DNA of 64,000 bases from Arcobacteraceae bacterium (GTDB taxonomy: Bacteria; Campylobacterota; Campylobacteria; Campylobacterales; Arcobacteraceae): contig CBDCZH010000013.1 of assembly GCA_965224485.1 (NCBI GenBank), positions 32,001 through 96,000 on the forward strand. The letters are read 5' to 3'. The translations under genes and the position numbers were made by a program. A model generated the notes under the pieces. It was not told where the DNA came from, ran no database searches, and saw only the letters and a list, made by a program, of their open reading frames with translations. Positions 20,437-29,734 of the stretch are shown here, one piece after another (the first letter of the stretch is position 1; every line of letters starts with the position of its first letter).

Positions 20437-21408
20437 TTATAAAAATCCCATTTCTTTCATTAATGAACCAATAACTTTTTCTTGGTTAATTAAAAAAGCA
20501 TTGAATTTTGAAGTTGGTTTATATAAATTTGCCCAACCATTTCTTTTTCTTACTACTTCCCATTGGGGAGTATCATACATTTTTCCTAAAACATCTGCAA
20601 ATGCTTCTTGTCTTTCTTTACTTAAATTAGGAGCTGCAAAAAAACCTCTCCAGTTTGCAAAAAATGCGTCTGCACCCATGCTTTTAAACGAAGGAATTCC
20701 TTCAATTGATTCATTAGATGTAACACCAATAATTCTAATTTGACCTTTTAAGTGTTTTTCTAATACTTCTCCAAGACCAGTTGATAAAATATCAACTTCT
20801 CCTGTTAATAAACCAGCAAAAGCTTTTCCCCCAGCATCATAAGGTACATATCTAACTGCTGTTGGATTACCACCTGCTGCTTTAAAAATTTGAGCTGCAA
20901 CTAAATGATCCATTGAACCTCTAGAACTACCACCAGCAACTTTTACATCTTTTGGATTTTTCTTAAAAGCTGCATTAACATCAGCCCATGTTTTGTATTT
21001 TGAATCTTTTCTTACAACTAATACACCATAATCAGCAACAACAGAGGCAACAAGAGTTAAATCTCTAAAAGATTGAGGGAAAACACCTTGTAATGATCTA
21101 ATTACAATGGGAGTAGAATTTACCATCAATGTATTTTTTTGTTTTTTTGCAGTTTCAATAAGATAAGCAATAGCTTTTCCGCCACCTCCACCACTCATGT
21201 TTTCAAAAGAAGTTTCTTTAACAAGTCCTGATTTTTTTAGTGCTTCACCAACACCTCTAGCAGTACCATCCCAACCACCACCAGCTCCACCTGGAATTAA
21301 AAAGTGAATCTTTTCAACAGAAGAGGCAACAGAAGAAGTAGCAAGTCCTGCAACTAAACATCCCGCAAGAGCAAGATTTTTATACATTTTTGTAAACGAA
21401 GTTTTCAT
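20437..21408 (-). CDS. tctC: TTT periplasmic substrate-binding protein
   Basis: Signal peptide, IPGGAGGGWDGTAR, ENMSGGGG, YVPYDAGG, ANWRGFFA. Confidence 0.93.
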   Translation of the reverse strand: MKTSFTKMYKNLALAGCLVAGLATSSVASSVEKIHFLIPGGAGGGWDGTARGVGEALKKSGLVKETSFENMSGGGGGKAIAYLIETAKKQKNTLMVNSTPIVIRSLQGVFPQSFRDLTLVASVVADYGVLVVRKDSKYKTWADVNAAFKKNPKDVKVAGGSSRGSMDHLVAAQIFKAAGGNPTAVRYVPYDAGGKAFAGLLTGEVDILSTGLGEVLEKHLKGQIRIIGVTSNESIEGIPSFKSMGADAFFANWRGFFAAPNLSKERQEAFADVLGKMYDTPQWEVVRKRNGWANLYKPTSKFNAFLINQEKVIGSLMKEMGFL

Positions 21409-21437
21409 ACGTGTCCTTTTTTAGTTTAATATTCTTA

Positions 21438-21471
21438 ATAGTAAAAGAAAAAGATGTAAGAAAAATAAAAT
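21438..21471 (-). promoter_or_regulatory. Conserved box ATTTtATTtTTCTTACAT + 10 nt + TACTAT (-10) upstream of tctC
   Basis: Third copy of the box with identical spacing. Confidence 0.7.
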
Positions 21472-21553
21472 TTAAATATTTTATGGAAAGTTTTTATTAA
21501 TATGTTTAGATGAGTTTATAAATACTGTTTATAAACTCTTTGCTTAAAAGCTT

Positions 21554-22618
21554 TTATGCTTTAAGAGTATAAAAAGAACCACGTCCTTTTCCTTCATTAC
21601 AAAGAATTCCTTTTTTTACTAAATCTTGTAAATCTCTATTCGCCATTAGCCTTGAGATATTAGTTAGTTCCATATATTGTGAAACTCTTATTTTTGTATT
21701 CACTTGTTTTAAGTTTTTTGAAATAAGTTTTTTTTGTCTTATGTTTAAACTTATGTCTAAGTGTTTATTCCAAAAAGTACTTTGTCCTCTAAGTTTACTA
21801 AGTTGAATAATATTTTCATCTAAAACCTCTTCTATTAGTTTTAAATGAAATTCTATCCATTTTGAAATATTTAAAGTAAGTGAAATAAAAGTTTCATCTA
21901 TTAGTTGGTTATATAAGAGATGATTTTTTAGAAGTTTTGAATTAAGTTCAAAATAGGAACTATCAAGAATATTGTGTTTTTCTAAGATATTTGTAAATAT
22001 AAGCCTTGATATTTTTTCATTATCTTCATTAAATGTCTGAAGAAGAATAAAATGAAGAGGAGCAATAATTGCTTTAATTAAAGGTTTTGTTGTATTTTCT
22101 GTATTTTGATTATTTAAAAAATTAAAATAATTTTCCATTAAAAAATCAATATTTTTTCCTAAAGGGGCTTGATAATGTATCTTCTCATTCTCTTTAAAAC
22201 CAGAGATTATTTCTATTTCTTCTTCTTTTCTTCTATATCTAGACTCTTTTGTATTATTAAAGCTAAGATTTGTTTTCCACTTACAAAGACTCTTTTTATT
22301 TAACTCTTCTTTATTGTTTTTAATATCTATTAAAGTTTTTACTAATGAAGTATATTCTTCTTTCTTATTTTTATCTTTGATTGCATTTTTTAAGTCTTTA
22401 TTATTTACTTCTTCACCTTCAAGTAAAAAAGTACTTCTTAACTCATTATATAAAACTTCATCTTTTAATATGCACTTATCTTCTTTTGAAATAAGTGATT
22501 CTAATATTTTTATTTGACCAAGTTTAAAATAAATTTCATTTAAATCAAAATCTTTATAAGTAAAATTAGGAAAATTATCATTTTGCCAAATCCATTTTTT
22601 TTTATTAAATATATTCAT
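21554..22618 (-). CDS. Fic-family protein (DUF4172-Fic-wHTH architecture) with a degenerate active site
   Basis: WIWQ..FPNF N-terminus, IHYQAP, HFILLQTFNEDNEKISR at the Fic-motif position, RDLQDLV..GKGRGSFY C-terminus. Confidence 0.8.
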   Translation of the reverse strand: MNIFNKKKWIWQNDNFPNFTYKDFDLNEIYFKLGQIKILESLISKEDKCILKDEVLYNELRSTFLLEGEEVNNKDLKNAIKDKNKKEEYTSLVKTLIDIKNNKEELNKKSLCKWKTNLSFNNTKESRYRRKEEEIEIISGFKENEKIHYQAPLGKNIDFLMENYFNFLNNQNTENTTKPLIKAIIAPLHFILLQTFNEDNEKISRLIFTNILEKHNILDSSYFELNSKLLKNHLLYNQLIDETFISLTLNISKWIEFHLKLIEEVLDENIIQLSKLRGQSTFWNKHLDISLNIRQKKLISKNLKQVNTKIRVSQYMELTNISRLMANRDLQDLVKKGILCNEGKGRGSFYTLKA

Positions 22619-22831
22619 ATATAATTGTATCTAAATATGATATGTTAATCAATAAATATTATTAAAACTCTTTATGCTATTATTAGATATCTTAAAATTA
22701 GAAAGAAAAATTATAAACTTACTTAAAAAAGAACAACTAACATATATCTTAAAACTATTAAATCAAGAAAATCAACAACAAGAGAGCCTATAAAAGTTTT
22801 ACATTAAAAAAACTTATACTTAGGATTAAAA

Positions 22832-23680
22832 ATGAACAAATTATTTACAAAAAATGAGCTTATAAACTATATGTTTATACTTCTTGGTGCTTTATGTATT
22901 TCTTTAGGTGTTGTACTATTTTTTATCTCAAATAATATAACAACAGGAGGAACTCCTGGTATGGCAATTTTATTACATCACTTAAGTTCTTTCTCAATTT
23001 CATCAATGGTTATTGCTATAAATATTCCTTTATTACTTATAGGATATAAATACCTAGGAAAGATGTTTGTCCTAAGAACAGTTATTGCTATTGTTTTGAT
23101 TGCTCTTTTCCTAGATTTGTTTTCAAATACTTTTGAGCTTAGAGTTCTAAGTACAAATATAATGTTATCTTCAATTTTCGGAGGAATACTTATTGGTTTT
23201 GGAGTTGGTTTTATAATTAAAGGAAATGCATCTGCTGGTGGTTCTACCATTATAGCCCGTATTATATCTTCAAACTCACATATCAAACCAGCACAAGTTA
23301 TACTTTTTATTGACCTTTTAATTATACTTGCTTCTATTTATGTTTTTAAAGATATTGAAAAGGCTATGTTTAGTGTATTAAGTATTTATTTAACTTCAAA
23401 AGCAATAGATATAATTTTAACAGGAACACTAAGTACTAAAGTTATTCATATCTCTTCAAATAAAGCTACACTTTTAAGCTCTTGTATTAAAAAAGAATTA
23501 GGTGTTGAGGGAACTATTCTAAGTGGAGTATCTTTTGAAGAAAAGTTAGACAAAACTCTTCTTTTTATTGTTTTAGATGTAAAAAAAATAGCTAAATTAA
23601 GGGAAATTGTATCATCTAATGATGATGAGGCTTTTTTGATTGTTATGGAAGCTTCTGAAATGTTAGGTAGGGGTCATTAA
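22832..23680 (+). CDS. YitT/YczE family membrane protein
   Basis: ITTGGTPG, INIPL, ASAGGSTI, C-terminal DDEAFLIV..SEMLGRG. Confidence 0.9.
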   Translation: MNKLFTKNELINYMFILLGALCISLGVVLFFISNNITTGGTPGMAILLHHLSSFSISSMVIAINIPLLLIGYKYLGKMFVLRTVIAIVLIALFLDLFSNTFELRVLSTNIMLSSIFGGILIGFGVGFIIKGNASAGGSTIIARIISSNSHIKPAQVILFIDLLIILASIYVFKDIEKAMFSVLSIYLTSKAIDIILTGTLSTKVIHISSNKATLLSSCIKKELGVEGTILSGVSFEEKLDKTLLFIVLDVKKIAKLREIVSSNDDEAFLIVMEASEMLGRGH

Positions 23681-23751
23681 AAAAAAAGAGACTTCGCAGG
23701 TCTCTTTTTTTTAGGAGAAAAATGAAAACTCAACGCTTTGTTCGTTTATGT
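23679..23751 (-). ncRNA. Candidate small regulatory RNA with anti-SD/anti-AUG seed
   Basis: TGtTATACT promoter (23758-23766), seed UUUUCAUUUUUCUCCUA, 3' terminator AGAGAC-cugcgaa-GUCUCU plus U-tract. Confidence 0.6.
23681..23712. terminator. Bidirectional Rho-independent terminator
   Basis: A-run-GAGAC-loop-GTCTC-T-run. Confidence 0.8.
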
Positions 23752-23976
23752 AAGATAAGTATAACACCCTTGCATAAATGAAAAAACAATAAATAGTTAA
23801 CAAAAGGTACAACTATTGTTTTAGCAAGGTTTCAATCTAATTTTCTACTTCTTATAAATTTAAAATATAATAAATCTTATTCTTAATATTTAAAGAAGCA
23901 AAAAATTTATAAATTATTTAGAAGAAAAATACAAGCAATACAAGGTTAAGATAAAAGAAAATCAAAAGTGATAATT

Positions 23977-25050
23977 ATGAACAATAAAAATAATGAAAAA
24001 AAACAAGATTCAATAAGAGCTGCTTTCTTTGGGGCAATTGTAGCAGATGCTTTATGCTTAGGAAGTCATTATGAATATGATGCTAAGAAAATATATGAAG
24101 CTTATGGAAAAAAACCAATTGAGAATTTTATGTCACCTGGTGAGTTAATGGGTGGTCAAACCCACGGAATAGGTTGGGGAGAAAGAAATTATCATCCTAA
24201 AAAGACGGCTGGTGGAAGTACTGATTATGGAGATTATAATATTCTTATTTTAGAGCATTTAGCAAGCATATCAAATCCATCTAGAGCTTTTGAAGTTAAA
24301 AATATATTAGCGCATTGGATGAATAGATTAGAAAATTCTTGGGGCTCATGGATTTGTACTATGACTAAAGAGACTTATGCTCAAGTTAAACAAGGTGTAA
24401 AAGCTCAATATTTAGGTGGAATGTCAAATGCAACAGCTATAAGATTTGCTGCTGCTTTTGCTTATTATGATGATGAAGAAACTTTAGTTGATGTTGCTAG
24501 AAAAACAATGTTTACACATAAAGAAACTCATGCTTTAGGAGGTGGGGAGTTTTTTGCAAGAGTTACTTATAGAGTTATAAATAATGAAATTCCTTCAAAA
24601 GCTATTTTTGCAGTTGCTAAAGAAATGGGTGGTTTTTATGAGCAAAAAGTACAGCAAGCAAAAGAAAAGTTTGAAGAAGAAAAAGATCCTACTTCATCTT
24701 TACATAAAGAACTTTTTTCTGATGATTTAGCAATTACTAGTATGGCAAGATTGTGGGATGTTGGAAGAAGTGAGCCTATTAAAGTAGGAAAAGCAAGTCC
24801 TACTGAGGGAACTTTACCAAGTAGTGTTTATTTTATTTTAAAATATGAAGACCAAGAAGATGCTTTAAAAAAAGCCATACAAGCAAATGTAATGGTAGGG
24901 GGAGATAATGCTTCAAGAGCTATTGCTATTGGAATGGTTTTAGGAGCATATAAAGGTCTTGATGCAATTCCACAAAAATGGAAAGATACTCTTTCTCAGT
25001 GGAAATACTGTGAAGACTTATTAAATACCTTACCCTTATTAAAACAATAA
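23977..25050 (+). CDS. ADP-ribosylglycohydrolase (ARH/DraG family)
   Basis: GAIVADAL, TDYGD, SNATAIR, GGDNASRAIAIGMVLGA..G.DAIP..W. Confidence 0.85.
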   Translation: MNNKNNEKKQDSIRAAFFGAIVADALCLGSHYEYDAKKIYEAYGKKPIENFMSPGELMGGQTHGIGWGERNYHPKKTAGGSTDYGDYNILILEHLASISNPSRAFEVKNILAHWMNRLENSWGSWICTMTKETYAQVKQGVKAQYLGGMSNATAIRFAAAFAYYDDEETLVDVARKTMFTHKETHALGGGEFFARVTYRVINNEIPSKAIFAVAKEMGGFYEQKVQQAKEKFEEEKDPTSSLHKELFSDDLAITSMARLWDVGRSEPIKVGKASPTEGTLPSSVYFILKYEDQEDALKKAIQANVMVGGDNASRAIAIGMVLGAYKGLDAIPQKWKDTLSQWKYCEDLLNTLPLLKQ

Positions 25051-25054
25051 AAAT

Positions 25055-25079
25055 AAGTAGGAAGAAATACTTCCTACTT
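25055..25079. terminator. Hairpin terminator
   Basis: AAGTAGGAAG-aaata-CTTCCTACTT. Confidence 0.75.
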
Positions 25080-25082
25080 GTA

Positions 25083-25220
25083 AACCCACAAACTTACAAC
25101 CTACAACTTACAACCTACAACTTAGAACCTACCAACATACCAACTGATAAACCTGTAACTTACGAACATACAAACATACAAACTTACCAACTTACCAACT
25201 AATCAACCTACCAACAAACT
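25083..25220. repeat. Degenerate 7/8-bp tandem repeat (ACYTACA / ACWTACMA)
   Basis: acttaca acctaca acttaca acctaca acttaga ... acatacaa acatacaa acttacca acttacca; G-poor on the + strand. Confidence 0.8.
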
Positions 25221-25887
25221 AAATCTCAAACATATACCCAATACCAGAATAATTTCTAATAATATCTTTAAATGTTTTTTTCCTAAAATCTCTAATTAAA
25301 GATTTTAGAGCTGCTTTTGTATTTGTATTATCCCAAATATGATATTCTAACTCTTCATATGTAATAATTTTATTTTGCTTATGTATAAAATAATTTATCA
25401 ATAAAGCTTCTTTTTTATTTAAACTATAACTTTCATCCTTTTTTATAATACTTTGAGTTTCAAAATTAAAAAATATACCTTCAGAAAGTCTTATATTACT
25501 ATGAATTCTTCTTTGAATTATTTCCATACATTTATAAATAGCTTTTGATAAATCTGATATGCAAAAAGGTTTTATGATATATCTTGTAATATATAATTCC
25601 ATTAACTCATTTAAATAAGGATTGTTTTTATTAGTACTTATAATTATAAAAGCTGTTTTAATATCATCTTTTCTAATATTAATTAAAAATTCTATTATAT
25701 CTTTGTTTTTAAAAGAATTCTGTATTAAAAGTAAGCAAGGAGAGAACTTTTTATACTTCTGTTTTGCTTCTTCTATACTTGAGGCTAAAAAAACTTTATT
25801 TACTTCTTCTTTAAGAGTTTTCTTTATATCTTGAGAAAAGTTTTTATCTTCATTGATATATAAAACTGATAAATCAGAAACCTTCAT
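25219..25887 (-). CDS. OmpR-like response regulator with an atypical receiver domain
   Basis: REC fold with YIIKP and wHTH (SGIGY); acidic pocket reads INED and LLLIQNS. Confidence 0.82.
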   Translation of the reverse strand: MKVSDLSVLYINEDKNFSQDIKKTLKEEVNKVFLASSIEEAKQKYKKFSPCLLLIQNSFKNKDIIEFLINIRKDDIKTAFIIISTNKNNPYLNELMELYITRYIIKPFCISDLSKAIYKCMEIIQRRIHSNIRLSEGIFFNFETQSIIKKDESYSLNKKEALLINYFIHKQNKIITYEELEYHIWDNTNTKAALKSLIRDFRKKTFKDIIRNYSGIGYMFEI

Positions 25888-25888
25888 T

Positions 25889-26455
25889 TTATTCCTTAAT
25901 TAATTTTATAAGAGATGACGTTGTACTTACTTTTGCATAAGCAAATTCTAAAGAGGACATAAAAGCAGCATGAACAAAGGAAGCTTTTATTTTAATAGAA
26001 TTAAATTCTAAGTCTCTTGTAGTACAAGCATCATGGGCAACAAAACATTGGTATTCTAAGTCACTAGCAGCTCGTACAAGAGCATCTATACACATATGTG
26101 ACATTGCTCCTATAATAATAACATTAGCTATATTAGAGTCATCTAATACCCCTTTTAGATTAGTATCTAAAAAGGAATTAATTTTATGTTTTATAATTAC
26201 TTCTTCATCTTTTAAAGGAAGTAAAGTTTTGTAAATATTTGCACCTTTTGTATTTCTTACAAAAAACTTTGCATCTTTTTTTAAAGATTCATGTTTAATA
26301 TGAATTATTTTCATCTTCTTTTGTCTAAATGTATCTAATAATTTTGAAGCATTTAAAGCTATTTTTTCTGTATTTTCTAAGGGATATTTAGCCTCTTTAA
26401 AGCTTGGAAAATAATCATTTTGTAAATCTACTATTAATAAAGCTGTATTTTTCAT
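25889..26455 (-). CDS. Isochorismatase/cysteine hydrolase family protein
   Basis: ALLIVDLQNDYF, KHKINSF, GAMSHMCID. Confidence 0.92.
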   Translation of the reverse strand: MKNTALLIVDLQNDYFPSFKEAKYPLENTEKIALNASKLLDTFRQKKMKIIHIKHESLKKDAKFFVRNTKGANIYKTLLPLKDEEVIIKHKINSFLDTNLKGVLDDSNIANVIIIGAMSHMCIDALVRAASDLEYQCFVAHDACTTRDLEFNSIKIKASFVHAAFMSSLEFAYAKVSTTSSLIKLIKE

Positions 26456-26540
26456 ATAAGTCCTTTTTTTTTATAAAAAAGTATACAAATATTTAGTAGG
26501 AAAAAAGAGGGAAAGGTATTTTAGAATAAAAATAGTTATA

Positions 26541-26580
26541 AAAAAGAGATTTAAGTTTTGAACTTTAAATCTCTTTTTTT
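26541..26580 (-). terminator. Rho-independent terminator
   Basis: AAAAAGAGATTTAA/TTAAATCTCTTTTT. Confidence 0.75.
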
Positions 26581-26582
26581 GT

Positions 26583-27239
26583 TTAAAAGTTACTTTGTTC
26601 TTTGATTAATTGAACAGCTTCTAGTGCATTTGAAGTTAGGAATGAAGTATGTTCTTTAAGTTCTTCTTCTTTTCCATAACCACAAAGAACAGCTACTGAA
26701 TTAACACCAGCACTATTTGCACAAATTAAATCTAAATGAGTATCTCCAACCATCCAAATATTAGCAGTTTTTTCAAGTTTCATTAAATCTAATGTTCTAA
26801 TAATTGGTTCAGGATGAGGTTTTGGATGTTCTACATCTTCTCTTCCTGTTATATGTTCAAAATACTTAAGTATATTCATATGCTCTAATAAAGGACTTGT
26901 ATATTTTCCTGTTTTTGTTGTAACAATTGAAAGTCTTGCAAAAGAACTAGCAAGTTCTAATGCTTCAATAGTATTTTCTAAAAGTTTTGTTTTTTCTTTT
27001 GATATTGTTCTATATTTTTCTTTATATGCATCTACAAAATCCCAAACTTTTTCTTGTTCTACTCCCAGTTCTTGGTACATAATATCTAAAGGATAACCAA
27101 TTAAAGACTTGATATCTTCATTATTTCCTTGAAAATCAAAGTTAAGTTTTGTAAAGGTGTGATTAAAACTTGACACTATTGCATCAGTTGAGTTAATTAG
27201 TGTTCCGTCTAAATCAAATAGTATTATATTTTCTTGCAT
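26583..27239 (-). CDS. HAD-family phosphatase (phosphoglycolate phosphatase-like)
   Basis: FDLDGTL, VTTK, KPHPEP, VGDTHLD. Confidence 0.92.
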   Translation of the reverse strand: MQENIILFDLDGTLINSTDAIVSSFNHTFTKLNFDFQGNNEDIKSLIGYPLDIMYQELGVEQEKVWDFVDAYKEKYRTISKEKTKLLENTIEALELASSFARLSIVTTKTGKYTSPLLEHMNILKYFEHITGREDVEHPKPHPEPIIRTLDLMKLEKTANIWMVGDTHLDLICANSAGVNSVAVLCGYGKEEELKEHTSFLTSNALEAVQLIKEQSNF

Positions 27240-27240
27240 T

Positions 27241-28755
27241 TTATTCCTTGATCCATTCTAGTTCATTATGTCTAATTCCTACAAAAGTAGGTTCTATTGG
27301 GGATATATTTTTGTTAATTACTGTAATTGCATTAGGAATATATAAAAACAAATAAGGGATATCATCTGTGATTATCTTAAAAATATTTTTATATATCTTT
27401 GCTAATTTTTCTTTATTTATAGTAGTTGAACCTTCTTCTATTAATTCATCTACTTTTTTATTATTATAAGAGCTTAAATTAAAACCTCCACTTACTGCAC
27501 GTGAGCTATGCCATAGGGCATAAGCATCAGGCATAAGAGGCATGCTCCAGCCTAGTATTATTGCATCAAAATTTCTTGGATGAACAATAGTATTTAAAAA
27601 AGCCTGCCATTGCATAACTCTAATTTTCATATTTACACCAACTTTTTTAAGTTGATATTGTAATATTTGAGCTGCGTTTATTCTAGTTTGTCCACCAGTA
27701 CTTGTTATTACTTCAAAAGTAAAAACATTATTCTCATCATACCCAGCCTCTTTTAATAATCGTTTCGCTTTTTCTATATTTTGAATTACTGGTTTAACTT
27801 CTTTGTTATAAGCAAAAGTTCCTGGTAAAAAAGGGCCAGTTGATATCTTACCATGTTTAAAAAATAAAATATCAACTAATTCTTGTCTATTTATTGCTAA
27901 ACTTAAAGCCTGTCTTACTTTTATATTTTGAAATATTTTTCTTTTTAAATTAAAACCTAAATAATCATAAGAAAAACTAGGTCTTTCAATAATTTTAAAA
28001 TTATTTGTAAACTCTTTATTTATTTGTCTATCATATTGTAAAGGTGTTATTGCTCCAAAATCTAGTCTTTTTTGTTTTAAAAATAAAAAAGAAGTTGAAG
28101 GATCAGGAATAAACTTATAATGAATTTCATCAATTTTTGCATTTTGCATAAAATAATTCTTATTAGCTTTTAAATAAATATCCTCACCAATTTTAAAACT
28201 TTTTAGTATATAAGGTCCTGTTCCAATAGGGTTTTTATTAAAAGAACTTGTCATTAAATCTTTTTCATTTTCTAATAAATGTTTTGGTAATATTCCCATC
28301 ATCCATATCTCTAAAGCTTTGAAATAGGGTTTTTTATAAATTATTTCTATGGTGTAACTATCAATCTTTTTAAGCTCTTTAACTTCTTTATAATTTGAAA
28401 TATAAGAAGTAATTACTTTAGGGTTTAAAATTGTATTATAGGTGAAAATTACATCATCAGCAGTAAACTTAACTCCATCATGCCAAAATACATTCTGTTT
28501 AAGTTTTATTAAAAGACGTGTTTTTGTAATAAACTCATATGAAGAGGCTAAGTCATTGATGATTTTTCCATTTTTATCATAAGTAAATAAACCATTAAAA
28601 ATTCTATTAGATATCTCAGCAGATGCTGAATCATTTGATAAAATTGGATTTACTCTTGTAGGGCTTGTAGCCATAGAAAGATTTAGTGTACTTGCACTTA
28701 AATAAGTACAGAAGTTTAAAAATAATAAAAGTAGCAGTTTAAGTAAATTTTTCAT
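27241..28755 (-). CDS. Peptide ABC transporter substrate-binding protein (family 5)
   Basis: WHDGVKFTADDV, PIGTGPY, VRQALSLAINR. Confidence 0.92.
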   Translation of the reverse strand: MKNLLKLLLLLFLNFCTYLSASTLNLSMATSPTRVNPILSNDSASAEISNRIFNGLFTYDKNGKIINDLASSYEFITKTRLLIKLKQNVFWHDGVKFTADDVIFTYNTILNPKVITSYISNYKEVKELKKIDSYTIEIIYKKPYFKALEIWMMGILPKHLLENEKDLMTSSFNKNPIGTGPYILKSFKIGEDIYLKANKNYFMQNAKIDEIHYKFIPDPSTSFLFLKQKRLDFGAITPLQYDRQINKEFTNNFKIIERPSFSYDYLGFNLKRKIFQNIKVRQALSLAINRQELVDILFFKHGKISTGPFLPGTFAYNKEVKPVIQNIEKAKRLLKEAGYDENNVFTFEVITSTGGQTRINAAQILQYQLKKVGVNMKIRVMQWQAFLNTIVHPRNFDAIILGWSMPLMPDAYALWHSSRAVSGGFNLSSYNNKKVDELIEEGSTTINKEKLAKIYKNIFKIITDDIPYLFLYIPNAITVINKNISPIEPTFVGIRHNELEWIKE

Positions 28756-28778
28756 ATGAAAGCATATCTTATTTTATA

Positions 28779-28810
28779 AAAAAAAGGAGCAACATAAGTT
28801 GCTCCTTTTT
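28779..28810 (-). terminator. Terminator of rplM-rpsI
   Basis: AAAAAGGAGCAAC/GTTGCTCCTTTTT. Confidence 0.85.
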
Positions 28811-28843
28811 ATAAATACAAAGTAAAAACTTTGAAAATGCCAA

Positions 28844-29233
28844 TTATCTTTTTGAGAACTGAACAGATTTTCTTGCTTTTTTTCTTCCGTATTTTTTTCT
28901 CTCAACAGATCTAGAATCTCTTGTTAGTAAACCAAAAGGTTTTAAAACTACTCTGAACTGCTCATCAAAAGCAACTAATGCTCTTGAAATACCATGTCTA
29001 ACAGCATCAGCTTGAGCTGAATAACCACCACCAAGAGTCTTAATCACAAGATTAACAGAAGAAGTTTGTTTAGAAACTTCTAAAGGTTGCATAAGTCTCT
29101 TTTTGATAGCTTCATGTCCACCTAACCATACATCCAAAGATTCACCATTAATAGTTAGTTGACCACTTCCAGCTTCTAACCATACTTTAGCTACAGAAGA
29201 TTTTCTTCTTCCAGTTGCGTATACTTTTGCCAT
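28844..29233 (-). CDS. rpsI: 30S ribosomal protein S9
   Basis: [21 protein letters not shown]. Confidence 0.98.
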   Translation of the reverse strand: MAKVYATGRRKSSVAKVWLEAGSGQLTINGESLDVWLGGHEAIKKRLMQPLEVSKQTSSVNLVIKTLGGGYSAQADAVRHGISRALVAFDEQFRVVLKPFGLLTRDSRSVERKKYGRKKARKSVQFSKR

Positions 29234-29238
29234 TAGTC

Positions 29239-29658
29239 CTATCCTTTAATTTGTGCAGTATGAGGATGCTCAGAACCTGCATATACTTTTAATTTTTTTA
29301 ACATAACTTTTCCAAGTTTTGTTTTTGGTAACATTCCTCTAGCTGCTAGTTTATATAACTTTTCAGGGTTATTAGCAAACATATCAGACATTTTGTGAGT
29401 TTTAGTACTTCCAAAATATCCTGAGTGAGTATAATAATTTTTGTCTGCTAGCTTAGCACCAGTAAACCTAGCTTTAGTCGCGTTGATAATAATTACATTA
29501 TCTCCACAATCAACATTTGGAGTATAAGAAGGTTTATGTTTCCCTCTTAGTAATGTTGCAACTTCAGTAATTATTCTTCCGAATACTTTATCTGTTGCAT
29601 CAATTACTATCCAATCTTTTTGAATTTCATTGGCTTTTGCCATTTGAGTAAATTTCAT
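29239..29658 (-). CDS. rplM: 50S ribosomal protein L13
   Basis: [28 protein letters not shown]. Confidence 0.98.
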   Translation of the reverse strand: MKFTQMAKANEIQKDWIVIDATDKVFGRIITEVATLLRGKHKPSYTPNVDCGDNVIIINATKARFTGAKLADKNYYTHSGYFGSTKTHKMSDMFANNPEKLYKLAARGMLPKTKLGKVMLKKLKVYAGSEHPHTAQIKG

Positions 29659-29734
29659 CTATTCTCTCCGATTTAATTAATGAGGAAGAATAATAGTGGA
29701 GATATGCTTAAAATTTACTTAAATTAAGTCTAAT

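Noticed and set aside
23722..23781. Plus-strand 19-aa sORF MKTQRFVRLCKISITPLHK with a perfect AGGAG RBS
   Set aside because: It lies immediately after a terminator with no room for a promoter. The minus strand has a promoter and terminator, so the sRNA reading is preferred, although the sORF is not fully excluded.
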